Of a DNA stretch of 64,000 nt, positions 57,175 to 64,000 are shown piece by piece (position 1 is the stretch's first letter; each line of letters begins with the position of its first letter). Source of the stretch: Albugo candida. Lineage: Eukaryota. Where the stretch lies: the NCBI GenBank assembly GCA_040437565.1, contig JBDOQK010000064.1:62001-126000 (forward strand). The letters run 5' to 3'. Made by a program: the position numbers and the translations under genes. The notes beneath the pieces were generated by a model that saw only the letters and a program-made list of their open reading frames with translations, was not told the DNA's origin and searched no databases.

Positions 57175-60100
57175 TCACGGCCGCGATGCAGAAATCGATG
57201 ATGGCAGGCTCTTGTCACTCTCCACAATGTAAAATATCTTATCGGACATTCGATAATTCCGTTTGTCGCCATCGTCGTACACGACAAAATGCTCATACGT
57301 TGCGTCATCGAATCGCTCGACTCGACCTTCATACCATTTGTCTTTGGCCCATTTCACGCGAACTCGTTTACCGACAAGTCTTTCGGGATTATCATCGCTG
57401 TCGTAAAAGTACTCCATCCGCATGGCCGGGTCAAGAACTCCTTCCAAACGCGGTAAAAGCCTCGAAATAGCTCGTTCCACGCTCTTCACGAGACCTCGAT
57501 TACTCACATTCACAGTGCTCCACGGAGACGTGCTATTTGGCTTGACCAATGTTGTTTGATGCTGTTGTAAGTATCCATTCGCTCCACGATGCCCACGCAG
57601 CCATTTCGTCATCCACAAACAGCTCGATCGATTCTCCCGTAGCCATCTCATAACACGAGAATGTCGTTTTGCCAGTCGTGTCAGCATATCGATCGCGATC
57701 TCAGTCGCGCGATAATAGCGCTGTTGGGATGCCAAGACAGCGATTAGTCTCGTCATTCCGTCTTGAATCCGTTCCGTAGCGAGAGAGTCTCTCACTTTAT
57801 ACATCACATTCATTGTCCGGAAATATGGCTTGATATCCTGATCGTCCTGCGTCTCCATGCCGTCCATGATCCGCTCCATGAAGCGTGAGGTCATTTGCCG
57901 GCTTTCCCAGCACAAATGCATCACAATTTGCTCCAACGGTTTGGTCTCACGGCCGTACTGAGTTGCATGCTGAATCAAAAGCACACACCAGCGATCTGTC
58001 TGTAGTAAAATATCTTTATCGGAAGATGAAACTTGCACGTGATCCTGCATGAGATTCGGAGGAAAGACGCGGACACTCGAATCCATCGCCGGAGGCTCAC
58101 AACACCGAAGTAATAAGGACAAAAGCTTGAGCAGAATCTCATTCAACGCCAAGCTTTTCGACATGTGTCGTGCTTTACTTTGCTCAAATTCCGATGCGAG
58201 AAGCACATGTGCATGCGATCCACCCGACAGAAGCGAAATAATCGCGCCAATTCCATTATTTACGACCACAAACATGCACTCATTCCGTCCAGCTGAGATG
58301 AAATGGAGCAGTAGCGTGAGGTAGTGTCGATGATATTCCACAGGAACGGTCAGAAGCCACGGCATTAGCTTCAGTAACGCGTATACAAACTCAAAAGACA
58401 GCGGGAGCTGAGCACTTGCTTCGCTTCGTTCCAATTGTATTTGCTCGCCTCCATTCTGATACAACGCGATGCCGTACGAAACCGAGCTCTTAAGACTCGG
58501 ATCCACCGACGGGAGAATCCGTGTAGCTGTCATAATCGCTTCTCTCAAAGCCACAAACATAAGCTCACGCACTTGGACGTTTGGATGCGCAATCAATAAC
58601 TCCAAGACGAGACGTTTATGCTCTAAAAGCGCCTTTAAAAACCATTCACAGCCTTCTGTTTCCTCGTAATAAAGCGCTTCTAAAACCGGACGCCATCCCA
58701 GCATTAACGTCACGTCGCCACTTTGATGTAATGTTCCAAATACAAATTTCGTGGCGACTTGAAGTGCTACGAATCGCGCTTCCACAGGCTCAAATCGGAA
58801 CGTTTGTGTCGTACTCTGAAGCAATGCATCAGACACTGGTGCGCCGGTTGTGTCCATAAGGCAATTCCGTAGCAGACGGAATGTAAACTGAAGATACGTT
58901 GTGTCCCAAATGTATTTTTTTAGCCAAAAAAGTTCATTTTCCGCTTGAATTTGCTGAGAAATCTTTAGAGGCAGCGCTTTCAAACTCATTCGACGGAGAT
59001 ATTCGATATTGGACCATCCCTTCCGACGTAATCGAACGCAAAACAGCGCGACATACGCGATGACACCGATCCTGCGTGGAAATAAAGCCGTCTCCGAGCC
59101 CACCGATCCGGATGTTCGCGTGTAAAACAGCATAAAACTGCTTCGTTTCTTGACACTTTGACTGTCCGAATTGCCAAAACATTCGTTCGCGAGCTGAGAC
59201 GCATCAAATGGACTCACTATTGTGTCATTAAACTCATACCATTGTTCCGATTCCTCGCGCAGAATCGAGTAATAATGCCCGGAATGTGCTGTTCCCATAT
59301 GAACGACCGTGCCGCGAAACTCATATTCCAAAGCTCCATGTACGTCCAACGTCGCTCGCTGGGCATTCTGTCCGTGCTTTGTGAATGGATACATGTCGAG
59401 AATCATGGGGAATTCCAGTCGATCATGCACTTTGATACGCATTCCTCGCTCTAAATCGTATTCGAATCGCTTCAAATGGATGATGAGAATCTCAGGAAGT
59501 CTGCAGATCGAAAGACGCTTCATCGTATCCAACGTCACATGCTCCTTCCGCTTATCTTCCCACGTGTATTCGACGACATCGCCTTCGAATAAACTCGTCA
59601 ATGCTTCCGTCAGCGTCTTTCGATCTCGCACAGGAACAGAGAGAAAGTGGAAAGGCTCCAAACGCTCACTATATCGATCCCCTTGCGCTACTAATTCATT
59701 ACTATACATTCCTCCAAAGAATCGATCGAGTAAGCGAGCTTCCATGCTATTTCTTCCGGTGCTTCCATGCAGCGATCCATTCATTTCCGCTTCCATTTGC
59801 TGGAAAAATAATGTCAGAAACTCACTGGCGTCCTGTTGTTCCATTACGTCGATACTCTCGCCGTCCCACGAATGCAACGCGTCGATAAACGCTTTCGGGC
59901 TGTAATACGGCTTTGCCAGTGATTGGAGATGCGCAAATAACGACTGGAGCTCTACTACGAGTCGTTTGGATCCTTTCTCGCTGCTTTCCAGGCACAACAC
60001 TGCTTTCCTGAATCGCGGCATCATGAAGAACGCCTGCATCGTTGCGTTCAAGTAGCACGTGCATCCCAAGTTCTTGAGACCGACGTATCGCGCATGCGGA

Positions 60101-63100
60101 TGCTCGGGCTTGGATTTCACTTTCTTCCGTCTCCATCGCGTCATCGTGCCTCGCGTATCGGTGAGTGTGTGTTGTGCATTGAGAAACGATAACACGCGCT
60201 GTAAGCCGATGGAATTCTCCAAACACATTTCCAATAACAAATCAAATGCCATTCCGCGCGCATTTTGTGTGCGGCATTTCGGTTCACGTGACCTATTGCC
60301 ACCAAAAGAGAACAAACACTGATGGAAAAGATCGGATGTGACACCGTTGTCGTCCAATGTCGCTGAGACGACTTCGCGGAGGCTTCGTCCACGATACGGA
60401 ACATCCCATCGACCCGCCAACATCGCGGGAATATGACGATATACCACCAGAATTGTGTGTAATAAAGCTTCCAGCATCGTGTCATTGTCATTGTGGTCGA
60501 AGGCCTCAGAAGGGATTTCCATCGATTTCAATCGCGAGAACAAACGCTCACACGCTGGAAGGAATGCGAATTCTTTGAGATTTGGGATTTTCTCAATCAG
60601 TATCGCATACACAGTGTAGTACTCGCGATATCGAATAGGACGGTCATACTCGCTGAGAATAGTGAGCATTTTCAAAGCGTAAAGAGCGTCTCGATGCTCC
60701 AACGACACCGACAGAATGAGTCTCGCAGCGTGTGTTCGTATGAAAACGTGTTTCGAGTCGAGAAACAGCTCCAACACCGTGTCCATCGCTACCTCTTTCG
60801 TGTGTTTGAGATACGCAGCCAGCAACGATATCATTCGCAGCGTTGCAAATACGCCCATCGATTCCGCGTACACATTGTCATAATCCGTCAATTTCGGTTC
60901 TGTGGACAAAAGCGCTTCCTCTAAAGGCGAATGAATGCTACTGGTGCGTCTTGGAGACTCTTCTGTTTCGTGTGTTGGAAACGATGAGAGAAGTGATGCC
61001 ACATGATCTGCGAATCGACCTTTTTCGTCCATAAAAGCTTCCTCCGCCATCACGAAATGCCGGAGAAGTTTACAAAGCTTTGAGACGCATAATAGTGTCA
61101 ATAGACTCGCTGTCGCGACACCCTTTGCATTCAGTCGAAGAAGGAACGTCTCTAAATGGCATCTTCCACCGAGTTTAAGGAACGAGATCGTCCATGCGTT
61201 CCTCTGTCCTTGTGATATCACTTGGACGCCAGTGTGTGTCTCCAGCTGTGAGAACTTGTCCTCGAGCGTATCGGATGCGTTATCGTTGTTCTCGAGCTTT
61301 TGAAATGCAAATACTTCGACCATTTCCAACTGATAAAGCAGCAGCGGTGGCGTCTCCACATCCAAAAGCGAATTCCAATCGAATTGTGTGGGAAACAATT
61401 CGATATTCCCATCGATTCCGAGTGAGTAATTCAGCGTATGCAAACGCTTTTCCATCGTCTCACACGGAGGTAATAGACTCAATACTTTCCACGCTTGCTC
61501 GCTGATGGAATCGTTGGAGAAGGATAAGAGTTTGAGAAGTAATTGCATCCACGACGACGTATGTAGGATGGTAGATTTCGCTGCCCAGACGTCTTTTTCC
61601 CACTCGGAACGACCCAAACCAGTCGATTGACGCGTGCGTTTGCCTGCATTCGCACTCACAATGTCACGCGTAAGAGGTCGAGTCGTATGTCCAGTCGTGT
61701 CGTACTCTGTGCGTCTCAGTACGATCGCTTGAATCACAGCTTTCTTCCCGTGTTCTCCAGCAACAGGGAACACGCGTGCAGCCTCCAAACTGCATTTATC
61801 GTGTCCCATAGCCGTCAATGTCGTTCCAAGCGCATTCACAAGCCGTATACGATCGCCAGAATGCGTCATATCAGCCGCAATTCGATCTCGAAGACTGGAA
61901 ACTAGCGTGCTTTTCCGGACGTGATACCTCCATGGCGCTGCTTCTCGGCCTTCCTGCGTCTTCACATGCACGTGAATCTCTTCGGTAGACGCATTCGAAT
62001 CGGTTGTTTGATCGGTTCCGTGAGCGGTACAATGCCAAAGGAATGTCGCGAGCATTCGTAACAATCGATCGATCGGACGAATCGGACGATCTTCCGCGTT
62101 CAAAGTCTCGCAACAGCGCTCCAAACGATTCATACAATTCTGCACAAACTCTTGCCATACTTCGCGTCGAACGAGTTTACTTCCCGTGTGTGTGTGAAGA
62201 TAAATGAGATACTTACAAGCCAGGACGCAAACATCATCGTCGATAGCGTTTTGAGCGACAGCAAACAGCGATTCCAAGCCTTGAAGGTCTAACGTCTCGA
62301 CCTGGAACGCTGTTTCCGTTCCACGTAAGCGCTTTGCATGAACGAGACGAAAAAGACGCTCAAAGACCCAAAATCCACACACTGAAATATCCAAAGACGA
62401 AAACCAAACATTCTCAACGTCCAAAGTCGAATTCGATGTGAGTTGGGCGTTGAGTGTGTGGAAAAAGTGAGAAATCGTGTCCGAGGAGAGAAATAAATCG
62501 TTGAATTCGGATGAGATGGACGACGGAAGCATGTGATACAGCCACGAGAGGAAGACTTGCTTCTCACTGGAGCGTATGAGATCCCAAATGCCCGAAATGG
62601 AGCTGAATTGGATGTTCTTAACACCGAGCTTTTGGATGAAATAGCCCAAGTACCAAAGTCGTATGTGGAACGCGACGTCCACGTACNNNNNNNNNNNNNN
62701 NNNNNNNNNNNNNNNNNNNNNNNNNNNNNNNNNNNNNNNNNNNNNNNNNNNNNNNNNNNNNNNNNNNNNNNNNNNNNNNNNNNNNNGACTTGCTTCTCAC
62801 TGGAGCGTATGAGATCCCAAATGCCCGAAATGGAGCTGAATTGGATGTTCTTGACACCGAGGTTTTGGATGAAATAGCCCAAGTACCAAAGTCGTATGTG
62901 GAACGCGACGTCCACGTACTCGGCCGCCGCTATGAATCGCTCCAATTCTTTCCAAACAGCATCCATCAATCCACTTTTCTTCATCAGAAATCCTGCGACA
63001 ACATTCGATTCCGTGTCGCGAGAATGCACCGAAATCGATGAGAAAGTCTGTGGATCGTTCGGTTTTGATGTCTGTGCGATGACAATTGCGTACAGACGTT

Positions 63101-64000
63101 GCGATATCTTTGCACACGCGTCACGCTCATTCCATAATGGAGCGAATGCGTCAAAGTCTGCAGTGTTTGCTTCCAGCATTCCATGGAGAACGCTCAGTGC
63201 TGTGACGACCTCGCGGCTCTGTTGGACGCATTCAACAGCTTCCATTACGTACTCGAAGACGAGTTGTTGCTGTTCTTTTGCAGCGGTTTTCGATCGATCC
63301 GCCAGTGTTCCCGGTGTCGGAGACACCCAAATACGATGCAAATAGCATAAAATGGTAGCGAATGCAGCTCGACAATCCCTTCCAAAGCGTTCCAAGCTCG
63401 AATTCCGATACGATTCTTGTGCTTGTTGCATGACACAATTCCAAAGTAGCGAACAGCAAAGCGAAATCACTTTATTCAGTGTCTCCATTTCCTTTTGAAT
63501 CGCTTGGACGGACAATTTGAGTTTGTTGTAACGCGCTGGCATCAGTGAATACGATCGTTTCTGTCCGACTTCCATGTCGATCGTTTGTCGGGACGCATAG
63601 ACAATCACTTGCACGAGAAATTGGACTGTTATGTCGTCGTACTCGTTGACAGGAATCTGAGTGAGAAGCACAGCGACAATATCCAGTAAATCGGCATTTC
63701 CAGCGCTTTCCACGACGGAGAGAATCATTTGGAGGAGAAATTTACGATCTGTGCGAAGCTGTCCGACTGCTGTTCTCCAAAGTAGCAACAAATGCGCTTC
63801 TGTCAGCAGATCGAGACTCCCTATCGTCTCCAAAAGCGTCCTTGCTCGTTTCATTATCTCCAAATGCCCGCCATCCTGACGAAGACCGTGTTGCTTGCAG
63901 GCTCCGGGATCGCCGAGTATCACTTCCAGTACTTGAGAGTGCGTGAGCCATTCGCCAACGATACGATTTCGAACGCTGATAGCGTCCGATTGCTCGCTAT
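57175..64000 (-). CDS. USP9/24/34-type ubiquitin carboxyl-terminal hydrolase with C-terminal Tudor-like domain; 5' end outside window
   Basis: Cys box GLKNLGCTCYLNATMQ, QQDASEF, HLKRF, His box HMGTAHSGHYYS, WYEFND. The frame break coincides with the duplicated flank of gap 62687-62786. Confidence 0.92.

Noticed and set aside
62289-62918. Frameshift splitting the USP into two ORFs
   Set aside because: It is caused by the arbitrary 100-N gap and duplicated flank, not by recoding.

Overview
This is gene-dense eukaryotic DNA from an oomycete, most consistent with a compact-genome, zoospore-forming lineage such as Albugo. That assignment is an inference from an elicitin-like gene, an oomycete Inr/FPR promoter motif, introns mostly 45-65 nt long, intergenic gaps of tens of bp and flagellar/centriolar genes. 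About 30 protein-coding genes can be recognised: RPS4, an alpha/beta hydrolase with RanBP2 finger, MOK, DRC8, a TPR protein, threonine dehydrogenase, a CBM9-like protein, ATG4, an SMG8-like protein, DPM3, SAS-4, a membrane-anchored HECT E3, eL42, an amidinotransferase, ILRUN, SF3A2, a delta-6-type desaturase, a degenerate pepsin-fold protein, START, DUF1769-PH-DUF547, a sphingosine/DAG kinase, a PH protein, an elicitin-like protein, ABCB, NDUFV2, ABCF3, a large ARM protein and a USP9/24/34-type DUB. There are 14 placeholder gaps of 100 N; 11 are flanked by direct duplications that look like unmerged contig or haplotype overlaps. The best candidate for an undescribed system is a 77-aa ubiquitin-fold domain ending LRLCGG, fused in frame to the N-terminus of the U2 snRNP protein SF3A2. 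This suggests a protease-processed precursor analogous to Sde2 or FUBI-eS30. Also notable: a type-I-membrane HECT ligase, an amidinotransferase that may supply a non-creatine phosphagen, a catalytically dead pepsin-fold protein, a Tudor-like-tailed DUB and a GC-AG intron in eL42.
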